Shown in pieces: positions 26,533-38,743 of a stretch of DNA of 64,000 nucleotides. The stretch lies in the NCBI RefSeq assembly GCF_000143415.4, contig NW_003314262.1:2177046-2241045 (forward strand), read 5' to 3'. The notes below the pieces were generated by a model. The model saw only the letters and a list, made by a program, of their open reading frames with translations, searched no databases and was not told where the DNA came from. Source of the stretch: Selaginella moellendorffii (Eukaryota; Plantae; Lycopodiophyta). Position 1 is the first letter of the stretch; every line of letters begins with the position of its first letter. The position numbers and the translations under genes are program-made.

Positions 26533-29500
26533 ATGCAGGAGCGTGGCCACCCCCAGATGCTGAAACGGCGTTAACAGCTACTGTTGAAGATACCCATGTT
26601 GGGCCGAGCTCACAACCTGCACAAGGTAAGGTCACATGAGGCCTCACGCCATTTTGATTATAGATCGTTGTGAATATTCAGACACGAGGACTGAAAAACG
26701 CACTGGTGGCGCATCGAAGAAGGACAAACAGACAAGCAATAGGAAAAAAGGAGGTACAAATTATATTTGCAATGGCGTGTGGTCTCATGCCATTCCTTGC
26801 AGGAGACACTTCTTCAAAGGCAAAACAGGCAAGCACCAGCCAAGCTCAAACTGACAGTGGTCATAAAAAGCGAAAGCACGTTGGACAGTCGTCGAGATCA
26901 GAGGCGTTTGATTCGAAAAGGAAGAAGGGCAACGAAAAGATGATAGGTAATGCCTCGCGGTTATGGCGTGTGTGCTCATGCCATTCATTGCAAATCAAGG
27001 GCTGAGTGAAAGCAGGCAGTCACCACCTCCTGACTCAGATTCCTATGGCGGACTCCCCTTCTCCAATCTCAATGGAGAGGTACAATGGATGAGGGATGCT
27101 TTTCAAGTCAGGGCCACGTTTTTCTCATCTTGTCGTCTTCGAAGGGTGCAAGAACATGCAGAAACCATGTTAAGACAGTCGGGTGAGGATACGGTCCTAG
27201 GTCACGCACTAAAATAGGCTATGGATGTCTTGTATTTTGAGATGGAGACTCGGCCAGATGATTTTCCCAAGATGGTCCTGGAAGAACAAGCCATCCAGCC
27301 TGAGCAGCCTATGGAAGAAATGCAGGAGGGGGATGAGGAGCCAGAGAAAGATAATGAGCAGGAAGAGCAGAAGGACGAAGAGGAGGACAAAGAAGAGGAG
27401 GACGAAGAAGAGGAGGACGAAGAGGACTTGGATGGTCCTCACAATGGTGACGATCACAATAACGACGACGACGATGATGACGACGATGGCTAGCCTGAGG
27501 TGGCCAAAGAGCAGCGGAGGAAGGTCATACAAGACAAACCATCAGGTAAATAATAGTACATCCATTCCTAACCTTTTACCATTTCTAACATTGTCCATGT
27601 AGGTCGTAGAGCAAATGGTAAGTAGAGATTATTCAGTTGAATTAAGATACAAACTCTAGCCTTTAGTGTTGAGGAAGGATAGTGCCAAGCAAGGGTCGAA
27701 ACGTATGTCCAATCCTTCAGAATCAGCAGTGCGCCCAAGTGATATCGGTCCTAGTTCCTCAATAGCAGTTGATGGTAAATACAGTATAGTCGATTCAATG
27801 TGCTAATGAGTTTGTTTTTAGTAAGGATACCATCTCAATCGAAGGGAGATATTTGGACATGCATATGGATTTGCCAGTGGACTCTACTTGCCTGCAAGAG
27901 TCATCAGAGTTGGTGGAGGCTACTATCCATATCAACGCCAAGCAAGCTGACCACACTCCACTTGATACTGCCCATACCACTGAGTCAATCTTGTCCACGT
28001 ATCCAACTGACGGTGACCAGGCGCCATTGGACCCGCATAAGGCCGCCCCAGCCACCGAGCCGGTCGTATCCTCATTTCCAACGGACTCAACGTGTGCCCA
28101 ATCGTCTGACTATGCGCCGTTGGAACCTCCCTACACCGCCCCTGCTGCCTGTTCGGTCATGTCCACTTTGCCAACGGAGGCACCAGCTGAAATGGCGTGT
28201 GATCACACGCCATCGGAACCACCCCATGCCACTGTTGAGCTAGTTGTACCAGAGTCTACAGCTGAAATGGCATGTGCCCACACGCCATCGGATGCGATTG
28301 ACCCCACATTGCAGAGGAGAGTATTTCCGCCCTTCACGTTTCCTCGACCAAAACCCTCTCAACGACCATCGGGAGCACCATTCGCTAATATTGTAGATGG
28401 TAAAATTGACTTGTACCATTTTTTATGCTGACGCATTTCATTTCAGAGTCACGGCGAAGGTACTGTATCATTTTTGATCTGAACGGTGTCCTTTTCTCCC
28501 ATGAGCGTGGCTCGTCCTCGAATGTCATTGCACCCTCCAAAGCCTGCGGTCGCAAGTTGGTCAAAAGAGACAGATTCACATTAATCACATGGGAGAAACT
28601 GCGGGATCTAATAATGACCATGCGACACTTAAAACAAAGGGCCGGGTTCAATTTGCAATTGGGAGTTTGGACATCCATGATGCGCCACAATGCATTAACG
28701 TTGCTACAGATGATGCACGATCAGATGCGAGTAATATTACCATTTGACTTTCTCCTAATGTAGGAGGATTGCTTGACTATGGTCCATGTGAGGGGTAGCA
28801 AGCCCATCTTCGTCAAGCCAGAGGCTGTAGTGATGAACCGGACTGCTAGGTCAAGTGAAATCCTCATCATCGATGACTCGCCGATTAAAACTGCAGCGAA
28901 CACGCACACATATGCAGTGCACCCCATCTCTTGCAGTATGGAAACTAGGGAGAAGAAACCGTATATTCTGGGGGACCTTGCAAAACGGCTTGGAGCGATG
29001 GTGATAGAGAACCGGCCAGTCCAGGAGGTGGCTGCAGAAATCAACCAAATGGCAGATGGAACGGTATATCAGAAGCCATTTGATCGGACAGGCACTAGTC
29101 ATCATTTATGGCATGTATATTGTCTAGCCAAGCACTATCCGCATCTCCATAATCTGCTCAACTGGATGGGTTCTTTGACCACTGAACATGAGCGTGGACG
29201 TATTAGAGAAGAGATGGCATTACTATTGGGTTTAAATCCTGATAGTGTGGAGAGTGATGAAATTCCAAGATTATTGTATAGGCGTTGGAGGCAAAAAATA
29301 ACAGTCTGAGATGGCATGTATTTATTTAAAAATGTAACTTATTATGGCATGGGGTTCCATGCCATTGTATTAATATTAAAAGACAATTCTTTGAGAGGAT
29401 TTGCATTATACTAGAAGTGTTACAGCATGTTATTGGAAGTCTACGAAGTTGTTTTATTAATAAGGGGAAAGTAAAGATTGAATGGGGACTTGGGCTCCAC

Positions 29501-30731
29501 CTAGACTCGGAGCAACTGAGCCAATATTAAAAGGATGGAAAGAAATTGGACGACGATGACAAGGAGAAGAGAGAGGTGAAGTAGTGGCAGGGGGAGGAGA
29601 AGTGATTGAGTAGACATTTCCTTGTTTAAAATAAAATGGCATGTGCCTCAATGCAGTTGAATTTTGTTATATTTATATACTATATAAAGGTTTGGAAACC
29701 TTATTTTACAAGTGGGATAATGACAATTCCCACTTTAACGAAATAGAGCTTATCTAGATGAAGAGCCTCAAAATGGCAATGCTAATCAACGGCCGAGGGA
29801 GGCTTTGCGAGAGATGGACGAAGAGTTCTGGGGATTCGTCCATGGAGATCTTTCTGGAGCTTTGGCAAGGCGGCTGCTGTGGCTGACTGGTGATGGCGGT
29901 AACAATTTGAGGGAAGCTGTGATCGTGGACTCCCATGTTAAGGTTTGATTGGAAACTTTCATTTCTTTCTTCTTCTTTTATTGAGACTTGGTTTTGCTAC
30001 GCAATTAAAATTATGGCAACTAAAATTACTCAAGTCTCCCAATTAAAAGTAAATACCTCATGCATGAAATTTGTCTAGTCCTTTGTCTCACAGCTCATAA
30101 AATTCACACCATTGAATATTGTGGATTAGAAAATTGTGAAATGTACAAATTCTAAACCTAAAATCAGTCTCTAATTCTGAACAAATTGATGTTCCTCAAT
30201 CACAGTAAAATTGGACAGTGCTAACCACAGTAAAATCACTAAAGGCTACTTTCAATATAGATTTAAGTTGATGAGGATATAATTTGGGAGTTTGAAGTTT
30301 AATGTGATAATCTACGATGCAAGATGGTTCACTATGACTACATTATTGCCGTGCAAAGAGGTTCAAAAGCATCTTTCCAGCATCTAGACCGAAATCATGT
30401 TTACATTTTTCGGAGGAATATGATGCAAGCCCAGAGGGGTCTGATTTGCAACGTGGAGGCCCTCTTGGCCAAAGGATTGGATAATGTGGCGAGACAGCGT
30501 GGCTGAGCCAAAAGAAATTCCAAGTATGAAAACATGTTCTTTGGGAGCTCTTGGAGAGCTTGCTGCGAAAGGGCACTTTTCCCTCCCCAAGGGCATCGAT
30601 CTTGCTCAATGGTGCTTGAGCAAAGCCTTGGCTGCGTTCTTGGATAAAATGGAAGTGTGAGGATGATTCAAGGGATCATCCATGGTTTCAGCACCGTGGA
30701 AGCTTTGGCTGGCAGCTGGGGAGTGATAGAG

Positions 30732-33529
30732 TGTTATGATCCGGCGCAAAAAGACAAAGATCTCGTTGCCCTAGACTATGCTACGCCACCTCTTGAGGTT
30801 CCTCACCACCCAACCACCCCCGAGCTACCTCAAAAGCTCCACTGCGCCGCCGCTCCACTGTGAGCCCTAGGGTAGGTTTTGTCCCTTACCCTAACATGCC
30901 TTAATATACCCTTGAGCCTCCCTTTGACCGACGTTGACCACGTAGTCAAAGCTGGCGCCTAACAATTCTTCCCCCCCAACAAAGTCCTTGTCCCAAGGAC
31001 AAGTTGTACTGGTGATCACCCTTTCTGGGGAATCCTGCTCAAGCTCCTCCATATTCTTGCTAAAAACAAGAATATCATCCAAGAAAATCTCCACAAACTC
31101 ATGAAGATAATGCCCAAATACCTCCGTCATCAACCAAGTAAATGTGGCCGGTGCATTCGTCAAACCAAACGGCATAACGATAAACTCAAAATGTCCAAAG
31201 CTTGTGTTGAATGCCGTCTTGGAGATAGATGCATCATCCATTGCAATCTGATGATATCCACTCCTCAGATCAATCTTGGTAAACACTCGTGCTTCACCAA
31301 GCTTGTCTAGGATATCATCCACACGTGGCATCGGCATCTTGTCCTTCACTGTCTTCTTGTTTAAAGCACGGTAGTCAATACACATCCGCATTGAACCGTC
31401 CTTCTTCTTCACAAGCAAGATCGGAGCACCAAACGGAGACTTACTTGGCTGAATAAATCCAAACTCAAGTAACTCCTTGACTTGTCGTTGAACTTCTTGC
31501 TCCTCCGCATAACTTAACCGAAATGGACGCCAGTAAATTGGCCGCGTCCCCGGCTCCAATGTAATCCCATGCTCCACACCTCGTAATGGAGGCAATCCAT
31601 GAGGAAGTTCAGATGGAAAAACATCAGAAAACTCGTCGAGTACATCCCGTACTGCTGCTTCTCCCCCACACAAACAGCAAGTAACTCGAAAGTGCTTTTC
31701 CATTACGACAAGCCCTCTTCAAAGATGTAGCAAAGAGCATAACAACTGGTGGTTGAACGCCCTCGCCAAACCACACATCTTTAACGCCACCATACTCCAG
31801 CGAGATACGCTTAATGCTCCACTTTATCTCTGGATCCACCTTCACCAACCATGGCATCCCAAGAATGAGATCCACACGATGGATATCCGCGAGATAAAAA
31901 GTCTCCACAAGTGTGGTTTTGCCAACCAACACTTCCAGCCCCTCGACACAAGCATCGAAATGCTGAGCAGAGGTAGCTGCACCTTCCACTGTGTATGGAA
32001 GAACTCCACGTGTGTTCAGGCAATGCTCCGCAACAAACTTTGCCGAAACAAAGTTGTCATCGCTCCCACTATCCAGTAAAATCCGCACTGGATCGCCACG
32101 GAACACGCCCTCTAGCATTAAAGCTGATTCATGCGTATCCTCGAGCTCCATCTTGTTCCATACACAGTTGAGTTGACGAGCAACGATCGAAAGTCTCTTC
32201 CTCTGACCGGAATGGTCGTTCTCGTCATCCTCACGCTGTAAAGCTTGCAACTTTTTAGTATCTGACTTACCGTGAGAAGATGATTGGCCATTCTTCTTGT
32301 CCTGCTGCTTGTTCTTCAACTGCGGACAATCAGCCTTGTAGTGTCCAAGTTCGCCGCAATGATGACAACCCTGTCTATAATTCTTCACAAAGAACTTCTG
32401 CTTCTTGGACCCCTTTGCATCTGAAGTAGTCACCACCGACTTCAACTTGTGATGCTTGTTCCCATCTTTGTGTCCACGGCAATCATCACGACGATTCTCG
32501 ACAGAAGGACTCCGCGAACGCTTGCGAGACTTGTGCTTGTCATTGTCAAGTCGACGAGCCGCATCAAAGAGCTCCTCCAAACTCTTTGTAGGTTGAGAAT
32601 GACGCAAGTGTTGCCACATGCTCTCACTATGTAGGCCATCAATGAAGTAGGACTTGTTCTGATCTGGATCCTTCGTTGGAACACGACTAATCAAGCGAGT
32701 AAGCTTCTCAATATAATCCCCGAGCGTCATTTTCCCTTGCTGGAAATGGCGAAGTTCTGTACGAGCATTCTCCACATCGTAATGAGGGGCAAAACGTAAA
32801 GGGAAAGCAGCCTCAAACTCATCCATGGTAGACATTGGTGGTTTCTTATCCGCAACACGGGACTCCTCAAGCCAATTCCACCATCGAAGACCCGCATCAC
32901 ACAAAACCATCGGAATAGCCACTAAAGCCTCTACATCTGGAGTTCCTCTAGCAGCCAAAAACTTCTTCACATTGGCTAGCCAAGCAAGACACTCGTCCAC
33001 ACCACCATCACCGGAAAAGGTTGGAATCTTGAGTCGATCTACCAAAGAAGGCTTACTTGGAGCGCTACCTCGTCCAGCCTCGAGTGCCTCAACACGCCCA
33101 CGCATGGTATCCATCATGTCATGCATCTCGTCTTGCATCTCTTGCTGATTTTTATTAAGGGCTCGCAGCTCATGAACCACATCTTGAATGGTCCAAATCT
33201 CCGCAGCTTCGTCGGCACCATCGTCGGCACCACCATCGACAATAGGATTCCAGTGTTCAGCTTGGTCGGCCATCGCAACCAATCCTCTGATACCAATGTT
33301 ATGATCCGGCGCAAAAAGACAAAGATCTCGTTGCCCTAGACTATGCTACGCCACCTCTTGAGGTTCCTCACCACCCAACCACCCCCGAGCAACCTCAAAA
33401 GCTCCACTGCGCCGCCGCTCCACTGTGAGCCCTAGGGTAGGTTTTGTCCCTTACCCTAACATGCCTTAATATACCCTTGAGCCTCCCTTTGACCGACGTT
33501 GACCACGTAGTCAAAGCTGGCGCCTAACA
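30732..33529 (-). mobile_element. 2.8-kb internally deleted gypsy (gag-PR-partial RT), 233-bp LTRs 30732-30964 and 33297-33529
   Basis: TSD TAGAG; LTRs differ at one noticed site; PBS and PPT present; CCHC knuckle, DSGS protease and RT FLDD followed by truncation; no RNase H or integrase. Confidence 0.93.
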
Positions 33530-33730
33530 TAGAGCAAGCCCTGGCTATGGGGCGTGGCGACAAGGAAAAGATCTCCATCCCTCGGCACCACATCATCAAT
33601 TTCTTTTCTCCACGCGGGCCTAAATCAGAGCGACCTTTTTAGAAAGGTTGTTTCTCAACGAAAGGCTTGCTTCCATGCATCATTCACCATTTGAAGTGTT
33701 TATAAGGACACACTACATTTCCAAACTTCC

Positions 33731-35284
33731 ATGGAGCACATCACAGCTTTTTTCGCCTTCTTGGCTTCTTTCTTCTTGGTCATCTTCTACTATGATCGAT
33801 CTAAATAACGCAGCTCCCATGTCATGCCTCCAAGCCCCCGGGCCTTTCCAATCCTCGGCCACATTCCACTCCTGGCTAGCAATTCTCGTGGGCCGCATCT
33901 CATCCTCTTCGATCTCGCCAAGAAGCTCGGCCTGATCTTCTACCTCCGCCTGGGCTACACCCCCACGCTCGTCATCTCGTCAGCCAAGATCGCCCAAGAG
34001 ATCCTCAAGACCCACGACAGGACCTTCTCCTCGCGGCCATCGCTCACGTTTGCCGAGGCGATCCTCCCAGACGATCTCATCTTCGCGCGCTATGGCACGA
34101 GATGGAGGGAGCTCCGCAAGATCTGCACGCTCGAGCTCTTCACCGCGCGCCGCGTGGGGAGCTTTGCGGCAGTGAGGCAAGCGGAGATGGAGAAGTTCCT
34201 GGCGATGCTCTCCCAGAATCTGGGAAGAACGGTGAACATGACCCACGAGCTCAGCGTCCTCACCTTGGAGATCATGCAAACGCTCGTGTTTGGGACGAGC
34301 CGGACCTTCGGTGCCAACGATTTCCTCCGCTTGGTCCACCAGGCGAACGAGCTGGGCGGGAGGCTACACATCGGCGATTACGTCCCATGGCTTAAATGGA
34401 TGGATATCTCGCTGCCCAAGCTGAGAACCTTAGCAACCAAATTCCATGCCTTGCTTCAAGCACACATTGAAGAGCACCGATCCTCTATAGCCAAGCAAGG
34501 ACATGGCGGCGAGAGCTTCCTGGACGTCTTGCTCTCGCTCGACAACATGTCAGATCTTACCATCCGGTGCCTCATGCTGGTAAGACTGGGGGTTGACTTG
34601 AGTGTTGACTAACTCGTTGGCCGTCCTTGCTAGGATGCTGTGAGTGCAGGGCTGGACACGACTGCCACAGCGATAGAATGGGCTCTCATAGAGCTACTTC
34701 TTCATCCACAAATCTTGGCAAAAGCCCAGAAGGAATTGGACGACGTGATCCCTGCTAGTAGTGCCATCGTGAGTGAGGCCGACATTCCCAATCTCAAGTA
34801 CCTCGGCGCGATTGTCAAGAAGAGCCTGCGCCAGCACCCACCGGCACCACTCATGGTTCCACGCGAATCCACCGCCGAGTGTAAGGTAAGTAGTCTAAAA
34901 GGTTTGATCCTCGCTAGATCTCTGAATTTGTTATCAACATGTATGAAAGCTTGAAGAAGCTGGCTACATGATCCCAGCCAAAACCCAAGTGTTGATCAAC
35001 CTCTATGCCATCGGCCGGGATCCAAACATCTGGGAGAACCCTCTGGAATTCATCCTGGAGAGGATGAGTAATGAATTCAATGCGGCTGTGGAACCCATGA
35101 CATTTTGCTTTGGCCGGCGATCCTGCCCGGGGATGAACTTGGGGTTGACTGCTGTTCATCTCGTCTCCCTACAGGTTCAACTGGACAACACCGGATGGTA
35201 AAGAGGTGGACGTGGGCAAAAGGGGGTCGGGTCACGCTCATGCGGGCTTGTCCACTTGCATTGGTTCCACTTCTTTGCAAGTAG
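33731..35284 (+). pseudogene. Cytochrome P450 (CYP71-clan-like) pseudogene, 3 exons (33731-34579, 34634-34885, about 34950-35284)
   Basis: TM anchor, PPSP motif, AGLDT I-helix and heme Cys motif. In-frame TAA at 33806, ExxR changed to KSLR, and a frameshifting deletion near 35160. Confidence 0.88.
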
Positions 35285-36029
35285 TCAAACATATTGACTA
35301 GAATAAACAGAGTGTGTTTATTAAAGTACACTTTCTTGCTTTGTGAGAGGTTAGCTTGGAAGCTCCCAATTTGCCATGATACTGGTCCAATGCGCTTCAG
35401 TGCAATTCTATTCACAGTTTTTAGGCAATTATCTCAAAAGATCTACCAGGGTAAAGATTTTGATTTCTTCCTCTCTCTAATCTGTTCTAGTCTTGCTTTG
35501 CGCAAGCTTTGTTTGGATATTGGGCTCATTTTTGGGTTTCAGTATGAATGTAGGAAGGGTGAGATGGAAAACTTCAATCTGGATTGAATGGGATTTTGGA
35601 GTTAAAGAGAAAATGTCCCTATAAGTTTATTTGTGGGAGCTTGTTCTTTGGCTAAGTGACTTCAAACAATCAACACCCTTTCATCTTTAAGATGTCTACC
35701 TTTAGTTCTGCTTCTAGTGTAGACATTGTACAACGAATGGATATGGATGGGATACTTAACTAATTCCTAAATCTATTTTAACCACATGGAACGAGTTTCA
35801 GGATGGTCAACTATAGGAGCCCATGTGTATGATCACAAGTAAGTGGCTTTTCATTTTTTAAGGATCCCATACCGGTTTACATTATACCCATTCCTTCTAT
35901 AAGTTGCAGTGCAACTTGACTATAGCTATAGCTGAATTCAAGGTTCAGGATTTCCAAGCTCAAATTGTCTTTTGGACATGTATGCCTAAGGTTGTTGAAT
36001 AATAAACCGGGAAAAAACCTAACTTCTGT

Positions 36030-37128
36030 GGTTTCATGGCAGATGCTACTAGTGCTAATTGGTTTGTTATGTGGCAAGTGTTTGGAGGTGATAAAAGTCA
36101 GCCATTACAGAGTTTAATCAGCTTTGTTGGGAATGGATGGATGCATCAATTAAAGAGGAGCACGAGGCAAAGGCAAATAAGATGTGCATATAGTGGTGGG
36201 AAGGAGACAAAGTGTCAATTGAACACCTTTCACAAATGGAGTGTTGGCTTGCATGGTGGGAAGTTCGAATATTTCAATGGGGCCATTATATTCTCCATGT
36301 AAGTTTTCTTTCATTTTCTTTTCTTGTTACATTCAAATGTTGCATTTTTCCTATGATCAACCACTTGATGACATAGTACTTACACCAACAATTAATCTCT
36401 TTAAAAGCAAACATTGGAGTTGGAGAGCTTCAGAAGCAAGAAAAGGAAAAGTGTCCCTTTATGAAGCTACACTCTCCGACTTCACTAGATCTCTTGAGCA
36501 ATCATCAAAAGCTTTGGTTGCATAGGAAGCAAGGTTTGCTAGTATAGGTCCAAACTTAGACAAGCTTCGAAAGTGGGTTGGTAGAAGGACAACACTAGCA
36601 GTAGGGTCAATATCTAAGATGGTGGAGGAAGTTGTTACTGGAACTCCTATGGAATCAAATTATGAACCACTTGGGGACATGAGGACAACCCGTTTGAAGC
36701 ATCGACAGACATTTGATGAGCCCAACATCACTCCTTCTGGCTCTCACCGTCCAGAGTTTGACTACTATTCTATTCCACGACACCAGAAAAGAACTAAGGA
36801 GCATGGAGTGGTGGAGGCATAAGAGAAGATCAAGCTGGCAAAAGAGTTGAAGTGTAAAATCACAAAGACAAACTACATTAGTGCTGTGGCTAAGGAGTTT
36901 GTTGTTGTGACTGAGTCGTCAAAGGGTACAAGCTACACTGTCAAAATCTGTGAAAATCCATCCTATACTTGTTCAAATTTTACACAGAGGGAGAACAGAG
37001 GAAAGGTATATTTAGCTTGCAAGCACATCTATTACATTTTTATGCAGGAACAAAACCAAGATCCTAAGATTGACCATCATATCCACCAGACAAGCTTCAC
37101 AGTTGCGGAGCTTGAGAAGTGTTTTTAG
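36030..37128 (+). pseudogene. Degraded SWIM zinc-finger gene, possibly a MULE-type transposase relic
   Basis: YTVKI...YTCSNF...ACKHIYY motif in 36847-37128; fragmented upstream frames. Confidence 0.55.
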
Positions 37129-37369
37129 ATTGCTTTTAGTGTTCGGATCTATATTTATATTTGTATTTTATTGGTCGAATTTACTTGGAAATATAGATTA
37201 AATCAAAATTTAAAAAATGAAAAGGTGTTGGTTCGGGATGAACCAATGTTTTTCTTGTATTTGAGAAGCCGTGAGCTCATGAACTCAAAATATACATGAG
37301 CTTATTACACGAGCAAATTTGGTAGAAAGTTATTCGCGACATCTACTAGTCTTCCAAGGGAAGCTTGAA

Positions 37370-38740
37370 AGTAGCTAGATCCTTATTAACACAGGTGCTT
37401 TAGATAATTTTATAGCTGTAAATATAGTTTGGCAAGCTGGACTAATAGTGCAGTGGTTGGGTGAACCAAGGACGATAGAATTTGTTCAAGGTAGCTAAAA
37501 CATCAATGAGGTACTTCAAGCAAGAGTTGAAATAAGGACATGGAAAATAGACATAGATTTCACCGTGTTAGACATGGCAGGATTTGATGTGATTTTTGGG
37601 ATGGATCAATTCAATTAGTTTTTGATAGCCTTACATGGACAAGGTAAGAATCTAGTGGTATTGGCAAATGCCCGAGGAGAACAATTTAGGGTGGAGGCCT
37701 AGGATTTAAAGGTAGGGCAATATAAGGCTAAAGACTCCTACTTAAACTTGGTATCCATGAGATGTAGCATTTTTGTGCTTACTCTCAATAGGGAGTGGAC
37801 CAAATGGGAAAAAATAAGATGGTATAAACAATGGAATATGAGGTAGTATTTGTCCACCTCAACGGGAAATTAAGGAAGACTCCCATGTTGGCATTATCAA
37901 ATTGTAAGCAACCAAAAAGAATAATTTGACAGACAGTCCATAGAATTCAAATATAAAGGGAAAAGGCCTATGAATAAAAGTGCACCCCCTTTTTCAATCG
38001 ATTAAGGCTCTTAGGATACTTGGGGTTAAATGTCCTTGGGTTTGAATAATATTGGGTTGGATGACCTCCTGGGAAGTCTAAATTCATGAGCTTACATTTG
38101 GTATTAGAGAGGTCTTAGGTTCGACTCTGTTGGTTGGCTAAGGGAATCACACCACATATTGATTGATATCTGGTAGGTCTAGTTTGCTCTGGTTGGGCTC
38201 TACTCGAGGGGTAGGGTGTCAAGAGAGCAGGGATCTTGGAAGAGTTATAACTCTCAGCTTCGCTCGACCCGAGGAGTAGGGTGTCAAGAGAGTGGGGATC
38301 TTGGGAGAGTTATGGCTCTCAGCTTCCATTCATGAGGGCGTCAACTTGTAGGAAAACATAATGGATTGTAAGCAAAAAAAAAAACCACTCGAGAGATGGT
38401 CGTTCAAATATAAAGAGAAAAAGCCCATGAATAAGAGTGCACCCCCTTTTCCAATCAGTTAAGGGTCTTAGGATACTTGGGATTAAGTGTCCTTGGGTTT
38501 GAATAGTACTGGGTTGGGTGACCAAATAGACTCAAATTCAAGAGCTTACACAGACTTTGGTAAGGACTTTGAGGTAGAAATGGACACTTTACATTGTGTG
38601 TTGGGTGTAATTTTGAAGCAAGACAACCACCAATGGCATTCTTCTTGAAGAAGTTGGACAAGGCTCAATGAAAGTGGCATGTCCACAAAAAGAAAATATT
38701 TGCAATGGTCAAAGCGCTCTGAGCAAAGGCCATTAAACAA
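37370..38740 (+). mobile_element. Degraded gypsy protease and RNase H remnants, interrupted by a TRIM
   Basis: FTVLDMAGFDVIFGMD near 37560; TPMLAL and DFGKDFEVEMD split by the 37903-38550 insertion. Confidence 0.6.
37903..38550 (+). mobile_element. Cassandra-like TRIM with 5S rRNA-derived LTRs (37903-38096 and 38367-38550)
   Basis: LTR ends TGTAAGC...GCTTACA; PBS tggtattagag; LTR core resembles the 5S internal control region; degenerate TSD caaat/cagac. Confidence 0.75.
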
Positions 38741-38743
38741 AGG

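Larger units (their letters stand above)
16611..29309 (+). pseudogene. Transposon-borne multi-exon gene: ParB/Srx-like region, degenerate methyltransferase-like region, acidic linker, FCP1/NIF-like HAD phosphatase
   Basis: Approximate exons 16611-17705, 17760-19084, 26539-26625, 26681-26753, 26803-26946, 27000-27545, two small exons, 27826-28399 and 28448-29309. Motifs FYAISGQHS, VVEYNCGGLFFRAALLKG, IIFDLNGVL, VWTS, KPIFVK, ILIIDDSPIK. Five in-frame TAGs; the junction near 27820 is unresolved. Confidence 0.65.
12404..29751. mobile_element. Large Sola-like TIR DNA transposon with an accessory gene
   Basis: Perfect 24-bp TIR AAGCTCTATTTCGTTAAAGTGGGA (12404-12427 and 29728-29751); flanking ATCT duplication; the flanks rejoin as an open frame (TREDHL/DEEPQN); DDE transposase inside. 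Confidence 0.88.

Noticed and set aside
28731-28763. 33-nt GT-AG intron
   Set aside because: Too short; reading the TAG as an original CAG restores the expected Q..C motif of the phosphatase domain.
38020-38080. 5S rRNA gene
   Set aside because: Partial and diverged, and lies inside TRIM LTRs.
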